A stretch of DNA of 62,358 nucleotides from Candidatus Thorarchaeota archaeon. Lineage in GTDB: Archaea > Asgardarchaeota > Thorarchaeia > Thorarchaeales > Thorarchaeaceae. The notes under the pieces were generated by a model that was not told the origin of the DNA, ran no database searches, and saw only the letters and a list, made by a program, of their open reading frames with translations. The DNA is taken from the NCBI GenBank assembly GCA_050124975.1, contig JASFEF010000003.1, positions 1 through 62,358 of the forward strand, in the 5' to 3' direction. Shown here piece by piece: positions 38,483 through 47,819 of the stretch. A program made the translations under genes and the position numbers. Position 1 is the first letter of the stretch; every line of letters begins with the position of its first letter.

Positions 38483-38860
38483 ATGGGTGTCTGGCATAGA
38501 AGATCAACACGTACAGTCACTGGAGCTCGATTGAGGCGATTCAGGAGTAAGAGGAAACACCAGATGGGTCGCACTCCAACTGAAACCCTAATGGGTGAAC
38601 CAAAAAGGAGAACAATCGACAGTAGACGAAAAGCAAAGAAGACACCTGGCCTTCGTCTAAATCAGGTCAATGTCACGGATCCCTCAAAGAATATCACATT
38701 CCGTGCTGAATTGCAAGACGTTGAGAAGAACGAGGCAAACATGGACTATCAACGCCGAAAAGTCATCACACGCGGTACGATTATCAAGACATCAAAGGGT
38801 CGTGCAAAAGTGACCAGCAGGCCTGGTCAGGACGGCATTATCAATGCAGTACTAGAGTAG
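38483..38860 (+). CDS. rps8e: 30S ribosomal protein S8e
   Basis: MGVWHRRSTRTVTGARL...RKHQMGR... and the C-terminal ITSRPGQDGIINAVL are characteristic of S8e. Confidence 0.92.
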   Translation: MGVWHRRSTRTVTGARLRRFRSKRKHQMGRTPTETLMGEPKRRTIDSRRKAKKTPGLRLNQVNVTDPSKNITFRAELQDVEKNEANMDYQRRKVITRGTIIKTSKGRAKVTSRPGQDGIINAVLE

Positions 38861-38890
38861 ATAGCTCTTTTCAACAATGATTATTCGAAT

Positions 38891-39286
38891 CTAACTTGCA
38901 GTGGACCCTGCGATTTCAGCTTCAATACTCGTTATTACGAAGTCCTTCCCACCAGTGATTTTGGTTGAACTGCTTCCGCATTTTGAGCACTTCATGGGTG
39001 CAAAAGCAGCTATCTGATCTGGGATGTTAGGGTCTATCAGTGAATCCCCTTCAAATCCACAGTCGTTGCAAAAAAGTCGACCTTTGACTGTCTTGATCCG
39101 TAGTTCTGCACCTTCTAGAATGGAGTTTCTACTGGCGATTTCGAAATTAAACACTAGTTGCTCAGGGATTAGAAATGTGAATTCTCCCACTTCAATATTG
39201 ACAACGGACACCTTTGTTGCTTTGTTGTTCTTTGCTGCTTCGAGAGCAGTATCAACAATAGAACAGGCTGCAGAGAATTCGTGCAA
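38891..39286 (-). CDS. hypA: Hydrogenase nickel-incorporation protein HypA
   Basis: MHE N-terminal Ni-binding motif and zinc site CNDCG...CSKCG. Confidence 0.9.
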   Translation of the reverse strand: MHEFSAACSIVDTALEAAKNNKATKVSVVNIEVGEFTFLIPEQLVFNFEIASRNSILEGAELRIKTVKGRLFCNDCGFEGDSLIDPNIPDQIAAFAPMKCSKCGSSSTKITGGKDFVITSIEAEIAGSTAS

Positions 39287-39415
39287 TTAGTGACACCGTT
39301 GTGAACAGCATTGTAGTCTAGTTAAGGCATTTCCGCTATAGTCAAAGGTCAGACTCTTTATATGAAACAATGTTCTTTGAAGGCAAGTCCTGTTGTGATG
39401 TAAGAGGGAGTCGCT

Positions 39416-39964
39416 TTGTCCAAGACATCTAAAACATCAAAAAAGGCAACCGCATCAAAGAAGACTACAGGTACTAAGAAGTCTGCAGCTAAACCAAAGA
39501 AGAAGGCTTCCAAAACAAAACCCAAAGAAAAGAAGGCTGCAAAGAAAAAGAAGACTGTGAAGAAAAAACCAGCAAAGAAAGCACCTAGCAAGAGAAACCG
39601 TGAGATGCTTAGTGAACTGGAAACCGAGATAAAGAGTGATGATGAGCAGGTGTGCCTAGGGGCTGTTGAACGTCTAGGTGTTCTCAAACATCCTGATGCA
39701 ACACAGGTCTTGATAATCGCATTAGCGGACCCAAGGTACATGGTCAGGATTCACGCAGCAGCTCAACTTGGAGAACGAAAAGACAAGAAATCTGTTGATG
39801 CCCTAGTCAAATCACTCAATGATGAGTCCATTTTCGTAAGACAGACGGTAGCAGGAGCCTTGGAGAACATCGGAGGCGCTAAGGCAAAGAAAGCAGTTTC
39901 CAAAGCCGAGAAAGACGGTTTGCTTCTGGACGAGCTCCCAGAAGGTAAGAGGTTGGGCGAGTAG
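39416..39964 (+). CDS. Lys-rich tail fused to HEAT (PBS-lyase-type) repeats
   Basis: The first ~60 aa are very rich in K, with A/T/S/P (KKATASKKTTGTKKSAAKPKKKASKTKPKEKKAAKKKKTVKKKPAKKAP). They are followed by three HEAT-like repeats (A..LG.L....A...L..AL.D....VR..AA.AL). TTG start with a GAGGGAG SD. Confidence 0.75.
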   Translation: MSKTSKTSKKATASKKTTGTKKSAAKPKKKASKTKPKEKKAAKKKKTVKKKPAKKAPSKRNREMLSELETEIKSDDEQVCLGAVERLGVLKHPDATQVLIIALADPRYMVRIHAAAQLGERKDKKSVDALVKSLNDESIFVRQTVAGALENIGGAKAKKAVSKAEKDGLLLDELPEGKRLGE

Positions 39965-40075
39965 GACTTGAATGTGTTTTTGTTTCTCTCCAAGCATGGA
40001 TGTATTCAACTACACTCTGCTTATATTGAAAAAAGACAGGGAATTTTGTAGAAGATTTGACGGAGACTTACTATC

Positions 40076-40630
40076 TTGAATGGTTCCCCTAACGATGAGA
40101 TTGCAAAAATCGAGTCAATGATCAAAGATCTAGATTTGGACTACATGCGTGGACTGGTATCTGAAGAGGAGTATAACAAGAAACTGGATAAATTGAAACA
40201 GCAGTTGGGACAGGCCGGTGGATCGCCTCAGGATGTTGCTTCAGTTCAGAGAATAGAGGTGGAACCATCTGAAATTCAAGCCACCAAGCTTCATCCACCA
40301 CCAGTTGAGAAGAAGGCAACAGTAGATCCTGTTTCAGCTGTGAAAAGAACAGTAGAGGGCATGAGAAGACTCGCCTTGGAAAGGATAGCACAAGAGGCGG
40401 GTGTATCCATGATGAATGTCACTAAGATCCTCAGCGACCTTCTTGATGGTAGAGAACTATCTGGAAGAATAGATCACGATAGAGGAGACTTCATTCTAGG
40501 CACCGGATCTGGGCCCCCTCCCAAGACCATTGCTGTGTGTCCCTTCTGCAGAAACGATCTGAAACGAATCGCTGTCAAGGGTGAAACAGTGACCTGCACC
40601 ATGTGTAAGGAGTCATTCATCATTTCGTAG
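40076..40630 (+). CDS. SHOCT-like helix + winged-helix-like domain + C-terminal zinc-ribbon protein
   Basis: DLDYMRGLVSEEEYNKKLDKLKQQL (SHOCT-like). LERIAQEAGVSMMNVTKILSDLLDGRELSGRIDHDRGDFI (wHTH, PCI-like pattern). CPFCRN...CTMCK. Confidence 0.6.
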   Translation: MNGSPNDEIAKIESMIKDLDLDYMRGLVSEEEYNKKLDKLKQQLGQAGGSPQDVASVQRIEVEPSEIQATKLHPPPVEKKATVDPVSAVKRTVEGMRRLALERIAQEAGVSMMNVTKILSDLLDGRELSGRIDHDRGDFILGTGSGPPPKTIAVCPFCRNDLKRIAVKGETVTCTMCKESFIIS

Positions 40631-40645
40631 TGACATCTTAGGTGA

Positions 40646-41923
40646 GTGCAGATGGACTTCTTTCAGGCTTGTCTGAAAGCTGATAATCGGGCAGCTGTTA
40701 ATGCGATTCGGAAGATGATTCCCTCTGCTCGTCCGTCAGCAATTTGGGCTGTCCTTATGCATGGAGCGGCATGGCATGAACAGATTACATATGATACACC
40801 ACACTCAACGATTCTCGTCAATTCTGTTCATAGGATGATTGAAGATTTTGGTAGTCATCCTGGACTTGCTCCTGATGTTCCACCAGAATCAGTCAAGGTG
40901 GCACTTGAAGAGGAAAGGAAAACAGATGTTCAAGAACTACTCATTGAACGCCTTGCACTGCATTTGGTAGATATTGATCACTGGAAACTGGAGAAGGGTC
41001 CAAGCTACAATGTTGAGAGGGGTATTGATTCACCCGATAACGCCGTCCGAAAGCTCGAGAGCACAATACGGCAAAAGAGCTTGGTAGGTTCTTGGGAAGC
41101 ATCAGTCATTCTAGCAGCAAGAGATGAGCCTATTCGGCTAAGACGTGTCATTGCCTCAGTTGCTGCAGAAGAGCCGGATAGGCTGGGACATGCATTCATC
41201 ATGCCTCTATCACTCATTGCGGAGTTACCTGGAGCCGAGTATACTCGACCACAAATTGCATCCTTGTGGCATCTCATGGAGTATCTCGTGCGGAAGGTTC
41301 CCTCAAAATCACCAGATGGGTTTTCACAAGATGATAATCTGAAGAACCTAGTGAAGCCAGTTGATTTAGCAGCATATGAGAATGTCTTCAGGAACTCTAT
41401 CGTTTCATATGGGATACTTGGACACAATGCAATATTTGCTCAGAGAATAGTAGATGCCAACCGTCGGGGCCTTATGACAAAAGAGATGATTCAATGGCTT
41501 GTTGAAAAACTAAAACAGAACATTGGCGACGAGATGGTTTCTGACGATAGTCTGACATGTGAGAAGATATTGAAGAAAGAAGTGCAAGCAGACTGGAACC
41601 AGCAACCCGAGCTTATCAGACTTCCTCACACAAAAGGTATTGAGGAATGGATTAGTTCGGATGACATCTCTGAATTATGGAACACAATGACTCATGAAAA
41701 ATCCAGCGAGTTCGAAAACAGACTCGTTGATTTTGATGGTGAGTGGTCACTTGTTCGGTGCTGCCAATACATCATGGCCACACTTCTGAGTGAACCACGC
41801 GCATCTCATGTGATAATCTTCACCCATGCGGCTTGGAATCTCGTGGATTATGGTCTAGTTCCCAATGATCTAGCTGCTCTTCAAGTTCACAGGATGCTGC
41901 GTAAACACTTGAGTGAGTGGTGA
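40646..41923 (+). CDS. Hypothetical 425-aa helical protein
   Basis: Long ORF with coding-like composition. No motif recognised. Confidence 0.6.
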   Translation: MQMDFFQACLKADNRAAVNAIRKMIPSARPSAIWAVLMHGAAWHEQITYDTPHSTILVNSVHRMIEDFGSHPGLAPDVPPESVKVALEEERKTDVQELLIERLALHLVDIDHWKLEKGPSYNVERGIDSPDNAVRKLESTIRQKSLVGSWEASVILAARDEPIRLRRVIASVAAEEPDRLGHAFIMPLSLIAELPGAEYTRPQIASLWHLMEYLVRKVPSKSPDGFSQDDNLKNLVKPVDLAAYENVFRNSIVSYGILGHNAIFAQRIVDANRRGLMTKEMIQWLVEKLKQNIGDEMVSDDSLTCEKILKKEVQADWNQQPELIRLPHTKGIEEWISSDDISELWNTMTHEKSSEFENRLVDFDGEWSLVRCCQYIMATLLSEPRASHVIIFTHAAWNLVDYGLVPNDLAALQVHRMLRKHLSEW

Positions 41924-41947
41924 TTATTTCCTCATTTCTTACGAAGA

Positions 41948-42208
41948 ATGAAGATATTATCGCTCTTAGGGAAGAGACACACATTCAGTATTCTACGAAT
42001 TTTAACACAGGATGGTGTTTTGAGGTTCAATACTATCGCTAAGAGAGTCGGGGGGAGCACAAAAACTATCACTGAGAGATTGAATGAACTTGTTGCTCAT
42101 GGGGTAGTAAAAAGAGAGGCTTTTGCAGAAATTCCTCCCCGTGTGGAGTACTCTCTTACAGAAATGGGACTTGGTCTTAAACCAACATTCAGATACATCA
42201 AAGAATAG
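41948..42208 (+). CDS. HxlR-family winged-helix transcriptional regulator
   Basis: FSILRIL...LRFNTIAKRVGGSTKTITERLNELVAHGVVKRE...PPRVEYSLTEMG is the HxlR signature. Confidence 0.85.
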   Translation: MKILSLLGKRHTFSILRILTQDGVLRFNTIAKRVGGSTKTITERLNELVAHGVVKREAFAEIPPRVEYSLTEMGLGLKPTFRYIKE

Positions 42209-42276
42209 GGAGAAAAATGGGATTTGTTTAGATGTAAGAAAAACAGGAGAAGGAGAGGGATATACCCTCTCTGGAG

Positions 42277-43839
42277 TTACTTCTCATCACCTAGTCTGTA
42301 GGACTCTGCAAGAAGGTCTGGAATATAGCGGACCTTCATCTTGGTGCCCTTCATCATATCGTTGATTTGGATTGTACAGAAGGGACATTCGGTAGTCACC
42401 ATATCTGCTCCGGTTGCCTCTATGTACTCCTTCTTTGTTGTGGCAATCTTCTGGGACAGTTCACGCAAACCTGCGCGGACTCCACCACCTGCGCCACAAC
42501 AACGATTCTTGTAAGGATCATCGATGTATTCAACACCGGGAATCATCTTGAGAATCTCTATTGGTTCATCATAGACATGCTGACCTCTACCAAGGTGGCA
42601 TGGTTCATGATAGGTGATTTTTAGATTGACCTCTCCCTTTGGTGGAACAATGTTCTCCTTGCCAATAACCTGGATCATGTACTCAGCCATGTCATAGACC
42701 TTGTAAAGAGGTGGTTCACCACGTTCCTCTTCAATGAAAGGTCGGTGGTCCTCACGGAGTGTCTTTCCACATCCAGCACATGCTACTACTACTGTGTCGC
42801 AATCATATTTCTTGCAAGCATCTTCAAAAATCTCAGTGACCCTTTTTGCTGCTGCGTGAGCAGTAGTGAGGTCTCCAGTCCTGAAAGCAGGACTTGCACA
42901 GCACCATTGTTCCTTCGGAACGACTACATCGATACTATTACGGTTCAGGACATCTATCAATGCTTTTCCAGTGCTCTGCATCCGGTAATCAATGAGACAA
43001 CCAGTGAAGAAGGCGACGCGACCACGGGGGTTGTCAACAAAGAACTCCTCTGTGTTAATATCCGATAGTAGTGGGGTGTCCTTCTCAGGAACTGCACGAC
43101 CAGTGGTGTTGACTGAATCAATGAATCCTTGTTGACCTTCAGCTAATGGATAACCTGCTTCTACGGCTTTTGCCCGCAGAAGTTCGACTGCAAGAGCAGG
43201 AATCTTGATACTTTTTGGACATATGTCCTCACACATCTTACAGGTTGTACAGCTGTAGACCGATTCATTCATTGCCATCGCAACTCGGTCTTCGACATCT
43301 CTTGGGTCTAGCTCCAATCTAGCAAGCTGTCGGATAATCATAGGTCCTGGATAATCCCAAGTTTCATGCACAATAGGGCAATTCGACAGGCATGCACTAC
43401 ATTCGATGCATTTTCTAATCTCACGGAGTTTCTCAATCTGCTCTGCATGGATTATTTCTGGATGCTCAGGTTTTTTGTCACGTGCCACATAAGGACGAAT
43501 TCGTCTGATACGAAAAGTTGTCTGGGCCATGTCAGAAACGAGGTCCTTGATGATTGGCATCTTCTCAAGGGGTTCAAGAACGAGATCTTCATCTGGTTCT
43601 ACTTTGGTTCGGCATGCAATACGAGCGATTGTATTCACTCTCACAGCACATGAACCACACTGACCACCTCGGCACTCCCATCTGAATGCGAGGCTGGAGT
43701 CAAACTTGTCTTGAATGTATAGCAATGCGTCCAAAACGGTCATACCAGGCTCATATTCTACCTCAAAGTCTTGGAAATATGGTGCATCATCAGTATCAGG
43801 ATTATATCGCTGCACGCTTGTTTTGATTGTCTTTGCCAT
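42277..43839 (-). CDS. Fumarate reductase/succinate dehydrogenase Fe-S subunit fused to an HdrD-like CCG-domain module (TfrB-like)
   Basis: N-terminal 2Fe-2S CRGGQCGSCAV. Ferredoxin motifs CIECSACLSNCP and CTTCKMCEDICP. Two C-terminal CCG-type cysteine motifs (FFTGC..., CCGAGGG). Confidence 0.85.
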   Translation of the reverse strand: MAKTIKTSVQRYNPDTDDAPYFQDFEVEYEPGMTVLDALLYIQDKFDSSLAFRWECRGGQCGSCAVRVNTIARIACRTKVEPDEDLVLEPLEKMPIIKDLVSDMAQTTFRIRRIRPYVARDKKPEHPEIIHAEQIEKLREIRKCIECSACLSNCPIVHETWDYPGPMIIRQLARLELDPRDVEDRVAMAMNESVYSCTTCKMCEDICPKSIKIPALAVELLRAKAVEAGYPLAEGQQGFIDSVNTTGRAVPEKDTPLLSDINTEEFFVDNPRGRVAFFTGCLIDYRMQSTGKALIDVLNRNSIDVVVPKEQWCCASPAFRTGDLTTAHAAAKRVTEIFEDACKKYDCDTVVVACAGCGKTLREDHRPFIEEERGEPPLYKVYDMAEYMIQVIGKENIVPPKGEVNLKITYHEPCHLGRGQHVYDEPIEILKMIPGVEYIDDPYKNRCCGAGGGVRAGLRELSQKIATTKKEYIEATGADMVTTECPFCTIQINDMMKGTKMKVRYIPDLLAESYRLGDEK

Positions 43840-43851
43840 CTTGTAGCCTCC

Positions 43852-45540
43852 TTATGGTGGCGTGATCTTGGTAATCACCAGGTCTTCCTTTCGCAGCTCC
43901 ATCTTGCCATCCTTACCCTTGCGGATAATGATATTGTAATAGCCCTTATCATTGGGGTCACCATCTACTCGGTAGTGAGCTCCCCTACTTCCCTTTCGCA
44001 TCACTGCAGCCTCGGCAACCATTCTGGCGGTCGTGACCATGTGGACGAATTCCATAGCCTGATGCCATCCAGGATTGAAACGTTTGACGGGAACATCGAC
44101 TTTGATCTTTGGTACTACTTCTTTCTCAATTCGTCGAAGTTCTTTGACTGCATGTTGCATTTCTTCCTCCTTTCTGAAAATCTGAACCTTACTCCACATG
44201 AGATCAGTCAGTTCATCACGAGCGTCTGCTGGAGACACTCCTTCCTTTCGACTGAGCATTGCTTCAAGCCTTTCAAATTCGTTCTTAATCACCTCTCGGT
44301 CAACGCCCAGATGAGTTGTTTCCTTGGCATATTTGGCGGCATTTTCACCAGATAAAGCACCAAAAACCTGAGTGTCTGCAAGCGCATTTCCACCAAGTCT
44401 GTTTCCACCGTGGACACCACCTGTACACTCTCCTGCAGCATAGAGACCAGGAATATTTGTGGATGAGTTTTCATCGATTTTGATGCCACCCATGAAATGA
44501 TGTGCCGTTGGTGAAACCTGCATTGGTTCCTCTCGGATGTCAACTCCAGCGTCTTCGAATTGTTCAATCATGCTCTCTAGTCTGAACTCAATAATAGAAC
44601 TTGGAAGGTGAGATATGCTTAGGTAGACTCCTCCATCTGGAGAGCCTTTTCCCTCGAGGACCTCGGTCATAATTGATCGTGCGACTTGGTCGCGACCTGC
44701 GAGTTCCATGACCTCTGGATAGTATTTGTTCATGAATCTCTCACCTTTGTTGTTCAGAAGGATTCCTCCCTCTCCACGAACTGCCTCTGTTACCAAGCGA
44801 CCCTTGGCTGATTCAGGTTTGACCATTCCAGTTGGATGAAACTGAATCATTTCCATATCCATCATCTCGCAGCCAGCCTCATAGGCCATGCCATAACCAT
44901 CTCCGACATCTAACTGCGCATTACTAGTAACGCTGAAGATCCTACCTGCTCCTCCGGTGGCCATCACCACTGATTTCGCACGGAACACAAGATAGTCACC
45001 ATACTTCAGGTCTACAGCACAAACGCCAGAAATCTTGCCATCTGTGACAAGGAGTCGGGTTGCGAAGACCTCATCAAACACGCGTACAGATGTCTTGCGA
45101 ATCCCCTCAGTGAGAGAGACCATTATCTCTGAACCAGTTCTATCTGAAGCGTAGGCGGTTCTACGCCAGCTCTGTTTTCCAAACACTCTCTGAGCTATCT
45201 TGCCTTCTGGTGTTCTATCAAAGACTGCACCCATGTCCTCTAGGTCAAATATCCTCTGAGGGGCATCCCTCACCAGAATCTCTGCAAGAATCTGGTTGTT
45301 CAGATAGTTGCCCCCCACAATAGTGTCTTTGAAGTGAGTTTCAGGGTCATCATCTGGGTCTACATTTCCCAGGGATACATTGTAGCCACCCTCGGCCATG
45401 GCTGTATGTGCCTTGCCGAGAAGCTCTTTGCTTAACATGATAACGTCCAGGTTGTGCTCTGATGCTTCAATTGCAGCACGGCAACCTGCACCACCAGCAC
45501 CTACAACAAGAACATCGCACATGATTGTCTTGTAGTCCAA
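43852..45540 (-). CDS. Fumarate reductase/succinate dehydrogenase flavoprotein subunit (TfrA/SdhA-like)
   Basis: FAD dinucleotide fold VLVVGAGGAGCRAA, the HPTG region and conserved catalytic segments. Confidence 0.92.
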   Translation of the reverse strand: MDYKTIMCDVLVVGAGGAGCRAAIEASEHNLDVIMLSKELLGKAHTAMAEGGYNVSLGNVDPDDDPETHFKDTIVGGNYLNNQILAEILVRDAPQRIFDLEDMGAVFDRTPEGKIAQRVFGKQSWRRTAYASDRTGSEIMVSLTEGIRKTSVRVFDEVFATRLLVTDGKISGVCAVDLKYGDYLVFRAKSVVMATGGAGRIFSVTSNAQLDVGDGYGMAYEAGCEMMDMEMIQFHPTGMVKPESAKGRLVTEAVRGEGGILLNNKGERFMNKYYPEVMELAGRDQVARSIMTEVLEGKGSPDGGVYLSISHLPSSIIEFRLESMIEQFEDAGVDIREEPMQVSPTAHHFMGGIKIDENSSTNIPGLYAAGECTGGVHGGNRLGGNALADTQVFGALSGENAAKYAKETTHLGVDREVIKNEFERLEAMLSRKEGVSPADARDELTDLMWSKVQIFRKEEEMQHAVKELRRIEKEVVPKIKVDVPVKRFNPGWHQAMEFVHMVTTARMVAEAAVMRKGSRGAHYRVDGDPNDKGYYNIIIRKGKDGKMELRKEDLVITKITPP

Positions 45541-45614
45541 CTACAGTCCTCCAGTGGAGAGTTTTCTCCTTGGTTAAGCCGTCGGGACAGGTGCCTCTCT
45601 TTAAGAGTTACTGT

Positions 45615-45654
45615 TTAACGAAAAGAAAAGAAACAGGCAGACGTGTGTCTGCCT
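45615..45654 (-). terminator. Hairpin plus T-rich tract after the fumarase beta gene
   Basis: AGGCAGAC-GTGT-GTCTGCCT is a perfect 8-bp stem at 45635-45654, 12 nt after the stop at 45666. On the minus strand it is followed by GTTTCTTTTCTTTTCG. Confidence 0.5.
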
Positions 45655-45665
45655 AGTTCTAGAAC

Positions 45666-46274
45666 TCACTCCTTGACTCCAATCTTAGCGTAGACATCAG
45701 CCTTCCGTGAAGCCACGACCTTGTCCATGTCATCATGCATACTGTTCCCATGAGAGTCCATGGTGACCAGTAGGGGTCCAAACTCCTCTGCTGTGATGAC
45801 CCAGAGTGCCTCTGGCATGCCCAAGTCTTGCCATTCGTAAGCACGAACTTCTTTGAGTCCCTTTGCTGCCAATGCACCACATCCACCTGTGTAGCTACAG
45901 TACACTGAACCAACTTCCTTCAAAGCATCAAGGGTCTTCTTCCCCATTCCACCCTTTCCAACAAGGATTCGAGCCTTGTATTTTCGAAGGAACTCGTCCT
46001 CGAAGAGTTCCATTCTAATGCTGGTAGTTGGTCCAGCAGATACAATCTTCCATTTTCCATCCTTTTGCCATGCCACGGGACCAACATGGTAGATTACACT
46101 ACCCTCAAAGTCTACAGGAGGTTTCTCGCCTTTCTCAAACATATGAAGAGCTCTCTCATGTGCCTCGTCACGAGCAGTGTATACATGATCACCAGTGACA
46201 TAGACAACATCGCCAACCTTCAGCTTACGGGCATCCTCTTCAGAGATTGGGGTTGTTAGATGATATTCTGCCAT
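45666..46274 (-). CDS. Class I fumarate hydratase, beta (C-terminal) subunit
   Basis: LKVGDVVYVTGDHVYTARDEAHERA...ILVGKGGMG... is the typical Fe-S hydro-lyase beta-subunit pattern. Confidence 0.9.
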   Translation of the reverse strand: MAEYHLTTPISEEDARKLKVGDVVYVTGDHVYTARDEAHERALHMFEKGEKPPVDFEGSVIYHVGPVAWQKDGKWKIVSAGPTTSIRMELFEDEFLRKYKARILVGKGGMGKKTLDALKEVGSVYCSYTGGCGALAAKGLKEVRAYEWQDLGMPEALWVITAEEFGPLLVTMDSHGNSMHDDMDKVVASRKADVYAKIGVKE

Positions 46275-46275
46275 C

Positions 46276-47163
46276 TTAGTTTCCCTCCACTGGATGTGTC
46301 AAATAAGTGACCTTCAGATCTTTCGAGATTATCGCAGTACTTCGTCGAGCAGCCCAACATTGAACTGCAACTCCGACAGGCAGACTGGCAGGGTGACGCA
46401 TGGCATAGTCGACCTTCACACCAAGGACTGTGGTCTTTCCTCCGAGTCCCATAGGTCCAATCCCTGTCGAGTTAATGGCATCCATGAGCTCTTCCTCAAT
46501 CTTTGCTACTTCTGGTTCAGGGTGTTTGTCATCAAGAGGACGCATGAGCTGTTGTTTAGCAATCTTGATTGCAATGTCTGAACCTCCGCCAATACCAACA
46601 CCTATGATGTTGGGTGAACAGGCCTTTCCCATGTAGGAAAGGGCATTGTCGACTACGAGTTTCTTCACTCCTGTTAGACCAACTCCAGGCTTGAGCATTC
46701 CAACAATGCTGACGTTCTCACTGCCTCCTCCCTTAGGAAATGCTGTAATCTCCACAGAGTCCCCATCCACAATCTCCCAGTTTATCCATGGAATCTTCAC
46801 TCCAGTGTTGTCGCCAGAGTTGCCTCCAACAATGGGATGGACTGCGTTTGGTCTGATTGGGACCTCTTTGGTTGCCTTTCGGCTGGCCTGAGTGAGCGCT
46901 TCTTTGATTTCACCCATGTAGGGGAACTTCGCACCGACTTTGACATAGAAAATCATGATTCCTGTGTCCTGACACATAGGAACACCAGTTCCTGCTATCT
47001 CTAGATTAGTCAGGATAGCAGAGAGTTGGGTCTTTGCAGTTTCATCTGTTTCATTCTTGCTGGCTGTTTCAAGAGCCACCTTTATGTCTGAAGGTAGTTC
47101 AGTGACTGCCTTCTTCAACAGACGAAATGTAGTATCATGAATTACTTGATACGGGTCTTCCAT
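46276..47163 (-). CDS. Class I fumarate hydratase, alpha (N-terminal) subunit
   Basis: GVPMCQDTGIMIFYVKVG and the CSPNIIGVGIGG motifs. The ATG at 47163 is preferred over the upstream extension to 47217. Confidence 0.9.
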   Translation of the reverse strand: MEDPYQVIHDTTFRLLKKAVTELPSDIKVALETASKNETDETAKTQLSAILTNLEIAGTGVPMCQDTGIMIFYVKVGAKFPYMGEIKEALTQASRKATKEVPIRPNAVHPIVGGNSGDNTGVKIPWINWEIVDGDSVEITAFPKGGGSENVSIVGMLKPGVGLTGVKKLVVDNALSYMGKACSPNIIGVGIGGGSDIAIKIAKQQLMRPLDDKHPEPEVAKIEEELMDAINSTGIGPMGLGGKTTVLGVKVDYAMRHPASLPVGVAVQCWAARRSTAIISKDLKVTYLTHPVEGN

Positions 47164-47318
47164 TTGATCAGCTTCTGAACTTGATTCTGTGAGGTACAAT
47201 AGTATGTCCCCACACACAGGCCGCGGAAACCGACGGGGGCTTAATCTGTGTTACTATCAAGACCAAAGGCTATGACTATATACGGGAGTATTCCAACTGG
47301 AAAGCAGGAGTCTGATGA

Positions 47319-47819
47319 GTGATGGTTCTAGACCTATCAGTTGCAGCAATTTCATCATTTCTTACTATCACTACACTCCTTGTGATTTATTCGATTCTAG
47401 ATGTCCGTGAAAGGAGGGTTCCTAACGAGTTTATTGTTGTAGGAGGTATTGTGGGGAGTGCTGTAATACTACTCACTGGCCACTTTCTTTCTAACTTGGT
47501 TCTTCACGTGACTGCATTGGTGATTGTTTTTGCAATGAGTTACACGCTTTTCAGAATGCGATCTATTGGTGGAGCGGATGTCAAGAGCCTGCTACTAGTC
47601 GCGTTAATCAGTCCGGGGATAGAACTTAGAGCGTTGAACATCCCAATTCTAGAAGCAGTTACCGGGATGGGAATAGAATTCTTCGTTATGCTTTTGGGTG
47701 GGTATCTCTATTGGAGAAGCAGAATATACAGTGAAAAGACCACTCCGCCATTGATACCGTTCTTATTACTTGGTTATCTGGCAGTCCAACTGCTTGCCTT
47801 ACCTCTTAGCTTTCTTTGA
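47319..47819 (+). CDS. A24-family aspartic peptidase (prepilin/prearchaellin peptidase-like)
   Basis: A polytopic membrane protein with the two catalytic-Asp contexts LDVRERRVPNE and IGGADVKSLL. Confidence 0.75.
   Translation: MMVLDLSVAAISSFLTITTLLVIYSILDVRERRVPNEFIVVGGIVGSAVILLTGHFLSNLVLHVTALVIVFAMSYTLFRMRSIGGADVKSLLLVALISPGIELRALNIPILEAVTGMGIEFFVMLLGGYLYWRSRIYSEKTTPPLIPFLLLGYLAVQLLALPLSFL

Noticed and set aside
39416-39600. Repetitive AAG/AAA-rich DNA, possibly a tandem repeat or array
   Set aside because: It is in-frame low-complexity coding sequence (the Lys-rich tail). There is no spacer/repeat periodicity. No CRISPR-like array was seen anywhere in the window.
42123-42365. 80-aa ORF between the HxlR regulator and the TfrB-like gene
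   Set aside because: It overlaps the 3' ends of both neighbouring genes in other frames and has no coding features.
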